The position numbers were made by a program, and so were the translations under genes. From a bacterium (GTDB taxonomy: Bacteria > Patescibacteriota > Minisyncoccia > Minisyncoccales > UBA10102): a DNA stretch of 64,000 bases. Below are positions 45,531 to 54,381 of this stretch, piece by piece (position 1 is the stretch's first letter; every line of letters begins with the position of its first letter). The notes beneath the pieces are model-generated. The model saw nothing but the letters and a program-made list of their open reading frames with translations, made no database searches and was not told the origin of the DNA. Location: NCBI GenBank assembly GCA_030647485.1, contig JAUSJT010000003.1, positions 9,092 to 73,091 on the forward strand. The letters run 5' to 3'.

Positions 45531-48046
45531 ACTGGCCATTGTTCAATCATTAACGATTCCTTTCTATTTTTTACGGGAAGCTGTTGGTAAAGTTCTTCTG
45601 TGACAAATGGGACAAAAGGATGGAGAAGCTTGAGGAGGTCGGCAAAGATTGTAAGTAAGACATACTGCCTTGAAGCTCTTGTTTTTTGGTTTTCAAGAAG
45701 TTTCTTGGATTCCTCTATAATCTTATCTGCAAAGGTATGCCAGGTGTAGTGGTAGAGCGTTTCTGCAGCTTGCGAGAGGCGAAAGAACCCTATGTTTTTG
45801 GTGACTTCTTTTGTGAGCTTTGAGAAGTCGTTGAGGAGTTTTTTGTCGCTGGCGCTCAATACTGGTTTTCTCTTTGAGGTAAAGTCCTGCGTATTCATTG
45901 CAAGGAACCTGGAGATATTCCATACTTTGTTCACAAAGTTTCGGTATCCCCGCACTTTGTCTTCTGAAATTTTAATGTCGTTTCCAGGAGCAGCCCCAAT
46001 AATTAAGGAAAGGCGGGTTGCGTCAGCCCCGTATTTTGTGATCATATCCAAGGGGTCAATGATATTGCCCAGGGATTTTGACATCTTTCTTCCTTTGTCA
46101 TCTCGCACAAGCCCGTGGAGGTATACCGTCTTGAAAGGTACTTGCCCTACAAGATACGTGGTCATTAAAATCATACGGGCAATCCAGAAGAACAGGATGT
46201 CATACCCTGTTTCAAGAACAGAGGTGGGATGAAAGGTTTTAAGGTCTTTGGTTTTCTCTGGCCATCCCAACGTGGAGAATGTCCAGAGCCCGGAAGAGAA
46301 CCAGGTATCCAAAGTGTCAGTATCTTGCGTCCATCTCTCCCCCTTAGGAGTCTCTGTCCCTACAAAGAGTTCTTGTCCATCTTTACCTGCAATCAAGCGA
46401 TAGGTGTAAACAAAAACCTCGGTTTTTGAGGTAACCTTTCTTTCCGGATAATGCCGTTTGAATGCAGCGATTAGCTCATCCTGTCGTTTATAGGTAGTAC
46501 CATGTAAGGGGTCTTTGAGATCGATTTTCTCAACCGTAGTAATCTGGATGTTTGTAATTTCTCCTCCGCCAAAGATTTCCCGTTGCTGGCTATTCTCAAA
46601 AAGGACTTTGTCGCCTATCTCGAATTCGTGGTCTCGGAGACGATAGGTTTTTGTCTTACCAGCAAAAACCTGGGGTACAACGTTTTCATGAAACCCAATC
46701 TTTTTTTCTGTTTTGAGTTCTCGATACCATACAGGGATTTGATGGCCAAACCAGATTTGGCGCGAAATACACCAATCCCGCAGGTTGTCTATCCAGTGGA
46801 AATAGGTTTTCTCAAAGCGTTTGGGGAGAATTTCTATCTCTTTCTTTTTTACGACCCTGGCCATAAGGTCTTTCAAAGAGATGAGTTCTCCTTTTTTAAC
46901 GGACTTGAATCCCGCATGAGGAAAAGTGAAAGGCTTGTTGACGTCAACAAACCATTGGCGCATTATTTGGGGCTCTATAATTCCCCCTCCTCTGGAGTTG
47001 GTGGCAATGCGATGGACATAGTTCTCGTCTATTTTTTTCACCAGTCCTTTCTCTTGGAGCTTTTGGATGATGAGGGGGCGGGCTTTGGTAATATGCATGC
47101 CCGCAAATTCTTTGGCAATAGGGAGGAGTTTTCCTTTCAGATCTATAATCTGCTCTTTGTCTAGATTGTGGCGCTCTGCAATCTCAAAGTCTGTGGTGTC
47201 GTGCCATGGCGTGATGGTCATGACTCCTGTTCCAAACTCCATATCTATTGCCTCGTCTTTAATGACGGTGGCTGTTACAGGACCGGTTATCCACTCTAGC
47301 TCTATCTTTTGTCCGTGGGTGTATTGTTTGTATCGTTTGTCTTTAGGATGCATGACCACGTATTTATCCCCAAACTTTGTTTCAGGCCGCGCAGTGCTTA
47401 TAACAAACGGCCCGTACTGGAGATAATAGAAAGATGCTTTTTCCTCTTTCCACTCTATTTCGTCGTCAGATACCGTGGTCTGCATTTTGGGGTCCCAGTT
47501 CACAATGCGGTTTCCTCGGTAAATGAGTCCCCCTTCGTGCATTCTTTTAAATGCCGTGCGTACGCTAAGGTTCCTTTCTTCGTCTAGGGTGTACGCTTCG
47601 CGACTCCAATCTAAAGAAGCCCCCATCTTTTTTATCTGGTGCAGGATGGCGTCATGAGATTCTTTGGCAAATTGCTCCACGCGCTCCAAGAACTCGGGGC
47701 GCCCAAGGTCATGCCGCGTTTTCCCTTCTGTTTTGTAGAGCGTTTGCTCTACCTTGGATTCCGTGGCAATGGCAGCGTGATCGGTGCCAGGGAGCCACAG
47801 AGTTTTGTAGCCCTGCATGCGATGGAAGCGAATAAGAATGTCTTCAATGGCGAGCATGGCAGCGTGCCCCATGTGCAGAGTTCCCGTTACGTTGGGCGGA
47901 GGAAGAACAATGGAAAAGGGCTTTGCGTCTTCCTTTGTGACTCCTTTTTTAACGCAGGTATCAGGATTAGCAAAATCACTCTTTCTCCATAAGGCCAAAA
48001 TCTTGTCTTCTGCCTCTTTAGGGCTATACGCTTTCGGGATTTCCAT
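45527..48046 (-). CDS. valS: Valyl-tRNA synthetase with inserted ASCH-like domain
   Basis: PPPNVTGTLHMGH, DWCISRQIWFGH, DTWFSS, KMSKS. Confidence 0.96.
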   Translation of the reverse strand: MEIPKAYSPKEAEDKILALWRKSDFANPDTCVKKGVTKEDAKPFSIVLPPPNVTGTLHMGHAAMLAIEDILIRFHRMQGYKTLWLPGTDHAAIATESKVEQTLYKTEGKTRHDLGRPEFLERVEQFAKESHDAILHQIKKMGASLDWSREAYTLDEERNLSVRTAFKRMHEGGLIYRGNRIVNWDPKMQTTVSDDEIEWKEEKASFYYLQYGPFVISTARPETKFGDKYVVMHPKDKRYKQYTHGQKIELEWITGPVTATVIKDEAIDMEFGTGVMTITPWHDTTDFEIAERHNLDKEQIIDLKGKLLPIAKEFAGMHITKARPLIIQKLQEKGLVKKIDENYVHRIATNSRGGGIIEPQIMRQWFVDVNKPFTFPHAGFKSVKKGELISLKDLMARVVKKKEIEILPKRFEKTYFHWIDNLRDWCISRQIWFGHQIPVWYRELKTEKKIGFHENVVPQVFAGKTKTYRLRDHEFEIGDKVLFENSQQREIFGGGEITNIQITTVEKIDLKDPLHGTTYKRQDELIAAFKRHYPERKVTSKTEVFVYTYRLIAGKDGQELFVGTETPKGERWTQDTDTLDTWFSSGLWTFSTLGWPEKTKDLKTFHPTSVLETGYDILFFWIARMILMTTYLVGQVPFKTVYLHGLVRDDKGRKMSKSLGNIIDPLDMITKYGADATRLSLIIGAAPGNDIKISEDKVRGYRNFVNKVWNISRFLAMNTQDFTSKRKPVLSASDKKLLNDFSKLTKEVTKNIGFFRLSQAAETLYHYTWHTFADKIIEESKKLLENQKTRASRQYVLLTIFADLLKLLHPFVPFVTEELYQQLPVKNRKESLMIEQWPV

Positions 48047-48053
48047 ATATGTA

Positions 48054-49130
48054 TTATAAGCTCAAATTGGGTTGAGCTTCAATGTGCTTGTGTTTTTTGA
48101 ACCCAGAACGCAGCCATGTTGCATATCCCGCAACCGCGATCATTGCCCCGTTGTCTGTGCAGAACTCCGGTGGCGCTACAAGAAAACGCATCCCAAACTT
48201 CTTTGTTTCCTTCAGGAGCGTGTTCCGCAACAGCTTATTTGCTCCCACACCTCCCCCAAGAATAATTGCTTTTGCAGAATATCTGTGCGCCGCTTTCAGT
48301 GTTTTTTGAACAAGCACTTCAATAATTGCTTTCTGGATTTCTTTTGCCATTTCTTGTGTATACACTGTCGATTCTCGTACTTTTTTTGATCTGGACTTCC
48401 AGTCATAGAGCACCGCCGTCTTTAATCCAGAAAAGCTAAAGTCATAATCTTTCGTGGAGATCATTGGCCGGGGAAGCCGGAGTTTATATATGTTTGTTTC
48501 GCATAATTGTGCTTGCTGGGATATGGCAGGACCGCCAGGATATGGAAGACCCAAAACCCTCGCTGTCTTGTCAAAGCATTCTCCTGCCGCGTCGTCTCGT
48601 GTTTCTCCCAAGAGTTTGTATTTTCCGAGCGCGGATACAAAAATAAGCTGAGTATGTCCTCCTGATACCAAAAGCGCTAAGGCAGGCAAGATGTTTCCTA
48701 AGCGAGGCTTAGGAATTCCTAAGCCTCGCTTAGGCGAACCCAAGAACAGGCTGATGAGGAGGTGCCCTTCCATGTGGTTTGTGGGAATAAGGGGAACGTT
48801 CCATTGTTTTGTAAGTTCTTGAGCTTTATTGAGACCTGCCCATAAGCACGGGGAAAGTCCAGGACCGTAGGTTATGGCAAGAGCATCTAGTGCAGGATGC
48901 AAAGGGTCTAGCTTTGCTTTTTTTAGTGCCTTGGAGACAACAATGGGCAGGTTAGTTTCGTGCTCTCTTTTTGCCATATTCGGGTACACTCCCCCATACT
49001 TTTGATGAATTTCAATTTGGGAAGCTATGTTGTTGGCGAGAATACGAAAAGAAGGGCTTTTTCTTCCCTTGGCTTCTATAATGCTTATCCCTGTGTCATC
49101 GCAGGATGTTTCAATGCCCATAATGATCAT
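48054..49130 (-). CDS. tsaD: tRNA t6A transferase TsaD
   Basis: GIETSCDDT, HMEGH, VSGGHT, DDAAGECFDK, CTDNGAMIA. Confidence 0.96.
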   Translation of the reverse strand: MIIMGIETSCDDTGISIIEAKGRKSPSFRILANNIASQIEIHQKYGGVYPNMAKREHETNLPIVVSKALKKAKLDPLHPALDALAITYGPGLSPCLWAGLNKAQELTKQWNVPLIPTNHMEGHLLISLFLGSPKRGLGIPKPRLGNILPALALLVSGGHTQLIFVSALGKYKLLGETRDDAAGECFDKTARVLGLPYPGGPAISQQAQLCETNIYKLRLPRPMISTKDYDFSFSGLKTAVLYDWKSRSKKVRESTVYTQEMAKEIQKAIIEVLVQKTLKAAHRYSAKAIILGGGVGANKLLRNTLLKETKKFGMRFLVAPPEFCTDNGAMIAVAGYATWLRSGFKKHKHIEAQPNLSL

Positions 49131-49190
49131 GTGATTACTGTAGTCGAAGCATTGATTTTTTGCAATTTGTGGGGTATACAAAGGAGAGTT

Positions 49191-49266
49191 GGCCCTATCG
49201 TCTAGTTTGGTCTAGGACGTCGGGTTTTCATCCCGAAAATCAGGGGTTCAAATCCCCTTGGGGCCG
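49191..49266 (+). tRNA. tRNA-Glu(TTC)
   Basis: Anticodon arm TCGGG-TTTTCAT-CCCGA. Confidence 0.9.
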
Positions 49267-49270
49267 CCTC

Positions 49271-50818
49271 ATGTCTCAAGCATATTACGTGAATGTTTCT
49301 CGAGCTTCAGATCTTCAAGATCCGAAAGAGCGTTTCCTCTATCGGTTTTTTGAAATGCTTCCAGGATTGCTGTCTTTCGGCAGTCTGGGGATTATAGTAT
49401 TGTTCTCATGGCTTTTTCCCATGCTGGTTGCCTTTTTTGTCTTTGGATTCATCATGTACTGGTTGCTTCGCACCGTTTATTTCTCGTTCCATCTGCGTTC
49501 AGGGTACAAGAAGATGAGGGAGCATGAAAAGACAGATTGGATGAAAAAGCTCCTAGACATTCCAAACTGGCAGGATATTTGGCATCTTGTTGTGGTTGTT
49601 GCGTATAAGGAACCTTTCGAAATGGTGCAAGAGTCTCTCCGTGCGGTAGCGAGTTCAGAATATCCTGCAGACAAGCTTTTAGTGGTGCTTGCCCTAGAAG
49701 AGCGCGCAGGAGTTTTAGCAAGAGAAATGGGGGTCGCTCTTGAAAAAGAATTCAAGGATTCTTTCTTTAGATTTTTAGTGACCTCGCATCCTGCCAACCT
49801 TTCAGGAGAAATCGCGGGGAAAGGGTCAAACGAGGCATGGGCAACAAAGGAGGCAAAAGAAAAGATTATTGACCCTTTGAGAATTCCATATGCCCGCATT
49901 ATTGAAACCTCTTTGGACGCAGACACTATAATCTCTCCAGGATATTTGAGCTGTCTTGCGTATCACTATGGTACCGTGCCCAATGCTTCAAAAGCCTCAT
50001 TCCAACCAATCCCATTATTCATCAACAATGCATGGCAGGCAGGAGCCCTGTCTCGCATCTTTTCTTTTTCTGCAACCTTTTGGCAGACCATGAACCAAGA
50101 GCGTCCAGAAAAGCTTATTACTTTTTCCTCGCACTCTATGAGTTTTCAGGCATTGGTTGACGTAGGATTCAAACAGCGGAACGTGGTTGCCGACGATTCC
50201 CACATTTTCTGGCAGTGTTTTCTGCACTATAACGGAGATTACCGAGTGTACCCTCTGTATTACTCAATTCGCATGGATGCAAACGTGGGCAAGAATTTCT
50301 TGGAAACCATGAAAAATATGTACAAACAGCAGCGGAGATGGGCATACGGAGTGAGCGAGATACCCTATTTTTTATTTGGGTTTTTGAAAAACAAGAATAT
50401 ACCTCTTTCACGGAAGATGTCTCTGGCTTTTGAGTTTATTGAAGGGCACTGGTCGTGGGCAACAGCGCCCATTCTTATATTCTTGTCAGGATGGCTTCCC
50501 TTGCTGTTGGGCGGTCAGGCATTCTCTGCAACCCTGGTTTCGTACAACCTTCCCATTTTTACATCCCGTTTGTTAACCCTTGCCATGCTTGGGCTGGTGC
50601 TGTCCGCGTTCATTAGTATTCAGATACTCTCCCCCACAAGGCCGGAGTATAGGAAGTGGCGCTTCGCGGCCACCGCATTCCAATGGGCGCTGTTTCCATT
50701 TACCATGGTTTTCTTTACCGCATTTCCCGCGTTAGACGCCCAAATGCGTTTGCTCTTGGGCAAATACATGGGTTTTTGGACAACCCCAAAGTTCCGGCGT
50801 CCAATCGATTCTGCTTAA
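49271..50818 (+). CDS. Membrane glycosyltransferase family 2 (processive type)
   Basis: GKGSN, DAD, ADD, QQRRW motifs, multiple TM helices. Confidence 0.87.
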   Translation: MSQAYYVNVSRASDLQDPKERFLYRFFEMLPGLLSFGSLGIIVLFSWLFPMLVAFFVFGFIMYWLLRTVYFSFHLRSGYKKMREHEKTDWMKKLLDIPNWQDIWHLVVVVAYKEPFEMVQESLRAVASSEYPADKLLVVLALEERAGVLAREMGVALEKEFKDSFFRFLVTSHPANLSGEIAGKGSNEAWATKEAKEKIIDPLRIPYARIIETSLDADTIISPGYLSCLAYHYGTVPNASKASFQPIPLFINNAWQAGALSRIFSFSATFWQTMNQERPEKLITFSSHSMSFQALVDVGFKQRNVVADDSHIFWQCFLHYNGDYRVYPLYYSIRMDANVGKNFLETMKNMYKQQRRWAYGVSEIPYFLFGFLKNKNIPLSRKMSLAFEFIEGHWSWATAPILIFLSGWLPLLLGGQAFSATLVSYNLPIFTSRLLTLAMLGLVLSAFISIQILSPTRPEYRKWRFAATAFQWALFPFTMVFFTAFPALDAQMRLLLGKYMGFWTTPKFRRPIDSA

Positions 50819-50858
50819 ACTCGGTTTAGGAGTGAAAACTAAACCGAGTTTAAGCAGA

Positions 50859-52964
50859 CTACTCGAGGTGGAGCTTTTCTCTTAGTTCTTGAACCCGTGC
50901 CCTTAATAGCGGGTATTGTTTTAATGCAATATCTTTTTCTAGGATTTCCTGCGCAGTGTTTCTTGCTTCTTGGACTAAGGCAAGGTTGGTGAGCTGCTCC
51001 ATGGCAAAGTCTGGAATGCCCCATTGCTTGGTGCCTGCAAAGTCCCCGGGACCGCGGAGTTTCAGATCTCGCTCTGCCAACAAAAATCCGCTGTCCAATT
51101 CCAATAAGGCGCGAAGGCGCTGGTTTGTCCCATGGGAATTTGATTCGGAAAAAAGAAAGCAGTACGACTGCACATCCGATCTCCCAACCCTTCCTCTGAA
51201 TTGATGGAGCTGGGCTAATCCAAAACGGTCTGCTCCCTCAATCATCATGACTGTTGCGTTAGGAATATCTACTCCAACTTCCACAACAGAAGTGGACACT
51301 AGGACATCTATTTTCTTGAACTTAAACTTTCTCATAACCTCTTCTTTTTCCTTCTGCGCCATTTTCCCGTGAAGCATGCCCACCTTGAGTTTTGGAAATA
51401 TTTCTTTTGAGAGCTTCTCATACTCTTCTTTTACCGCTTTTACTTCCGTTCCTTCGGGAGAATTCTCTGTTTTTTCAATCCTGGGGCAGATGACAAATAC
51501 CTGTTTGCCTTTTTCTACTTCCTTTTTTATAACGCCATAGGTTTGCGCTCGTTCTTGGGGCGCGACTATTTTGGTGATTATCTTTTTGCGCCCCTTGGGG
51601 AGTTCGTCAATGAGAGAGAGGTCAAGGTCTCCATATATAGTCATGGCTAATGTTCGAGGGATAGGGGTTGCAGACATAGATAAGAGATGCGGAATTAGCG
51701 CAGTGCGGTGCAGAAGTTTTGCGCGCTGTTTTACGCCAAAGCGGTGCTGTTCGTCTAATATAACAAGGGCGAGATTCCCGAATTTCACCTTGTCTTGTAT
51801 GAGTGCATGAGTACCAATAAGAATGTCTATGTGTCCTTCCCTTGTTTTCTCTAAAAGCTTTGCCCTTGAGATTTCAATAAAGTCATTGGGAAGTTTGGGG
51901 GAAGAAAAACGGTCTGTCTTTCCCGTCAGCAGCCCAATGGTAACCTTGAATGGAGCTAGCAAGGGCCCCATGGTTTTAAAGTGCTGTTGGACAAGGATTT
52001 CCGTGGGAGCCATACACGCTACCTGATACCCTGCTTTTACCACGGACAAGGCTGCCATTGTTGCCACCACTGTTTTTCCAGAACCTACGTCCCCTTGCAG
52101 CATCCTATTCATGGGACGGGGATTTTCCAGGTCTTTGAGAATATTCCACGCAGACTTCTTCTGGGCAGGCGTCAAAGTAAAAGGAAGCTTGTCAGTGAAT
52201 CTCTTCATAAGTTCTGTGCTTAAGGGAATAGGCGGAGCCTTCACTGACGCTATTTTTCTTCTTTCAGACAGGACAAAAAGCGAGATGAAGAGAAGCTCTT
52301 CAAATGCAAAGCGCTTTTGGGCAAGTTTTGCTGCATTCATGGAATCTGGAAAGTGGACTTGCCACAATGCCTGGGAAAGCGCGGGAAGCTTCTTTGCCTT
52401 TACAAGATCTTCTGGCAAGGAGTCTTTGATATCTTTTAAGCTTGCCAGTACCATTTTAATAATAGACCGCAGCCACCTAGAAGAAACTCCTGCGGTTTCA
52501 GCATATGTGGGAATGATTCTCCCTACGTGAGTGAACTGCCATGACGAAGAATTCGCGTCCTGCACCTTTTCATGCACAGGGCTTGCAAAATATATGCCGT
52601 CTTTGTCTCGGAGAACCTTGCCTGCAACGCATATGTGGTCTCCGGCTTTGAGCGAATCTGCAAGATAGGGTTGCTGGAACCACACGACTTTTATAGCTCC
52701 CGTGCTGTCTTGCAAAAGGGCTTCTGTTACTGAAAACCGTTTCTTAAAGGTTGTTTTTTGCTTTAAGTCTAAGAGCTTGCCTGAAGCGCAGTACGTATTC
52801 CCCTCCTGTATGGTTTTAATAGGGGTGATAACGGAAAGATCCTCGTAAGAACGGGGGAAATGGAAAAGGAGGTCACGTACTGTTGTGATCCCGAGGATTT
52901 GCAATCGTTTCTGATACACTGGTCCTACCCGGGGAACTTCGGAGAGAGGAGTCGTGAAATTCAT
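50859..52964 (-). CDS. recG: ATP-dependent DNA helicase RecG
   Basis: QGDVGSGKT, DEQHRFG, SATPIPRT, QLHQFRGRVGR. Confidence 0.97.
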   Translation of the reverse strand: MNFTTPLSEVPRVGPVYQKRLQILGITTVRDLLFHFPRSYEDLSVITPIKTIQEGNTYCASGKLLDLKQKTTFKKRFSVTEALLQDSTGAIKVVWFQQPYLADSLKAGDHICVAGKVLRDKDGIYFASPVHEKVQDANSSSWQFTHVGRIIPTYAETAGVSSRWLRSIIKMVLASLKDIKDSLPEDLVKAKKLPALSQALWQVHFPDSMNAAKLAQKRFAFEELLFISLFVLSERRKIASVKAPPIPLSTELMKRFTDKLPFTLTPAQKKSAWNILKDLENPRPMNRMLQGDVGSGKTVVATMAALSVVKAGYQVACMAPTEILVQQHFKTMGPLLAPFKVTIGLLTGKTDRFSSPKLPNDFIEISRAKLLEKTREGHIDILIGTHALIQDKVKFGNLALVILDEQHRFGVKQRAKLLHRTALIPHLLSMSATPIPRTLAMTIYGDLDLSLIDELPKGRKKIITKIVAPQERAQTYGVIKKEVEKGKQVFVICPRIEKTENSPEGTEVKAVKEEYEKLSKEIFPKLKVGMLHGKMAQKEKEEVMRKFKFKKIDVLVSTSVVEVGVDIPNATVMMIEGADRFGLAQLHQFRGRVGRSDVQSYCFLFSESNSHGTNQRLRALLELDSGFLLAERDLKLRGPGDFAGTKQWGIPDFAMEQLTNLALVQEARNTAQEILEKDIALKQYPLLRARVQELREKLHLE

Positions 52965-52992
52965 CTTGGTTTGCACTGAGTTTATTGAAGTG

Positions 52993-53064
52993 TGTCCCCA
53001 TCCAGATTCGAACTGGAATTTCAGCCTTCGCAGGGCTGCGCTCTATCCATTGAGCTATGGAGAC
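52993..53064 (-). tRNA. tRNA-Arg(GCG)
   Basis: Anticodon arm CAGCC-CTGCGAA-GGCTG; D-loop TGGATA. Confidence 0.88.
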
Positions 53065-53114
53065 GAGTAACCTACCTTGTATTTTACTCAAAACGAGATA
53101 TAATTCAAGTCATT

Positions 53115-53203
53115 GGAGAGGTGGCTGAGTGGTTGAAAGCGATACACCGCTAACGTATTAGGGGCTTTAAAACCCCTCGAGGGTTCGAATCCCTCCCTCT
53201 CCG
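53115..53203 (+). tRNA. tRNA-Ser(GCT)
   Basis: GGAGAGG acceptor, loop CCGCTAA, long variable arm. Confidence 0.87.
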
Positions 53204-53278
53204 CAACGTAATAAATTTGCTTTGCAAATTTAAACGTTGCTGGGACGTTTAATCTCTGAAAGAAATTATTACGTCCCG
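53203..53278. repeat. Double-hairpin tRNA-adjacent repeat, family A, copy 2
   Basis: GCAACGTAATAAA..TTTAAACGTTGC-T-GGGACGTTTAA..TTATTACGTCCC. Confidence 0.8.
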
Positions 53279-53310
53279 CCAATTAGGAAAAGATACTCTG
53301 CATAACGTAT

Positions 53311-53745
53311 ATGCCAGAAGAACAAGTCAATATTTTCAAGAGAGTCGCAGGGCCTATCATTCATAGATTTCAGATTAAGGATATGCTCCAAGTTATCATT
53401 GGAGCCACAATCCTTTCTATTCCGGTTGCATATACCGGAGAGGTTTGGCAACTGGCAGAGACACTGCCCATGCGCAATATTCTTGGTTTTCTTGGACTTT
53501 CGCTTGTATTCATTTCTCTCTTTGTATATCATCACTATCACCGCGAAGAAACGGAGATGAGGTGGGGAGAGTTTGCAAAGCGAGTACTCTCAACCTATAT
53601 CCTCTCTTTTTTGGTTGTAGCACTCATCTTAACTATGATTGAGCGAGCTCCCTGGGGCGCAGATTGGCTGCTTGCGGTAAAAAGAACAATTCTCGTAGCC
53701 TTTCCCGCTTCAATGAGCGCCGTGGTTGCAGACGTGTTGAAATAA
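53311..53745 (+). CDS. DUF2391-like membrane protein
   Basis: GA.ILSIPVAYTGEVW.LA...FPASMSA; four TM. Confidence 0.7.
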   Translation: MPEEQVNIFKRVAGPIIHRFQIKDMLQVIIGATILSIPVAYTGEVWQLAETLPMRNILGFLGLSLVFISLFVYHHYHREETEMRWGEFAKRVLSTYILSFLVVALILTMIERAPWGADWLLAVKRTILVAFPASMSAVVADVLK

Positions 53746-53748
53746 CGA

Positions 53749-53832
53749 GGAGGGGTCGGATAGTGGTTTATTCCACCAGTTTTGAAAACTGGCGTCCGCA
53801 AGGACTCGTGAGTTCGAATCTCACCCCCTCCG
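53749..53832 (+). tRNA. tRNA-Ser(TGA)
   Basis: Anticodon arm CCAGT-TTTGAAA-ACTGG, variable arm. Confidence 0.92.
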
Positions 53833-53978
53833 CAGCGTAATAAATTTTGCTTTAGCAAAATTTAAACGCTGTTGGAACGTTGAAATTTCAAGAGGAAATT
53901 TCTTACGTTCCGCCTTCAGATGATACGTTCAACGCTACTGAGACGTTTAAATTTTCACAGAAAATTTATTACGTCTCG
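53832..53978. repeat. Family A repeat, copy 3 plus partial copy 4
   Basis: CAGCGTAATAAA..TTTAAACGCTG; GGAACGTTGAA..TTCTTACGTTCC; GAGACGTTTAAA..TTTATTACGTCTC. Confidence 0.8.
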
Positions 53979-53985
53979 CCTTCTT

Positions 53986-54246
53986 ATGTTTTATTACGTT
54001 TATATCATTGAAAGTTTGAAAAATAAATCATTGTATATCGGATATACTGTTGACTTGAAGAAAAGATTCAAAGAACATAACGATGGCAAAAGCTTGGCAA
54101 CAAAACCATTCAGACCATATAAACTTATCTTCTATGAAGCGTTTATTGATAGAAAAGATGCCAAGGCGCGGGAAGTATATTTAAAAAGCGGCTGGGGATT
54201 TAGGAGCATTAAGAAAATGATGGAAAATTATTTCAACGTAAGATAA
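53986..54246 (+). CDS. Small GIY-YIG nuclease
   Basis: YYVYII...LYIGYT.DLKKRFKEHN...E..LK. Confidence 0.9.
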   Translation: MFYYVYIIESLKNKSLYIGYTVDLKKRFKEHNDGKSLATKPFRPYKLIFYEAFIDRKDAKAREVYLKSGWGFRSIKKMMENYFNVR

Positions 54247-54381
54247 GGGCAAAAGAAATTTTTTCATTCTGATTTTTTGACAATAGAAACTCGAAAGGAT
54301 TTCTGTTCCGCTTCAAGTTGACCACGCTTGATTTTCATGGTAGTTTTCCCTTAGCACTACTCAAAAGATGGAGGATTCGCT

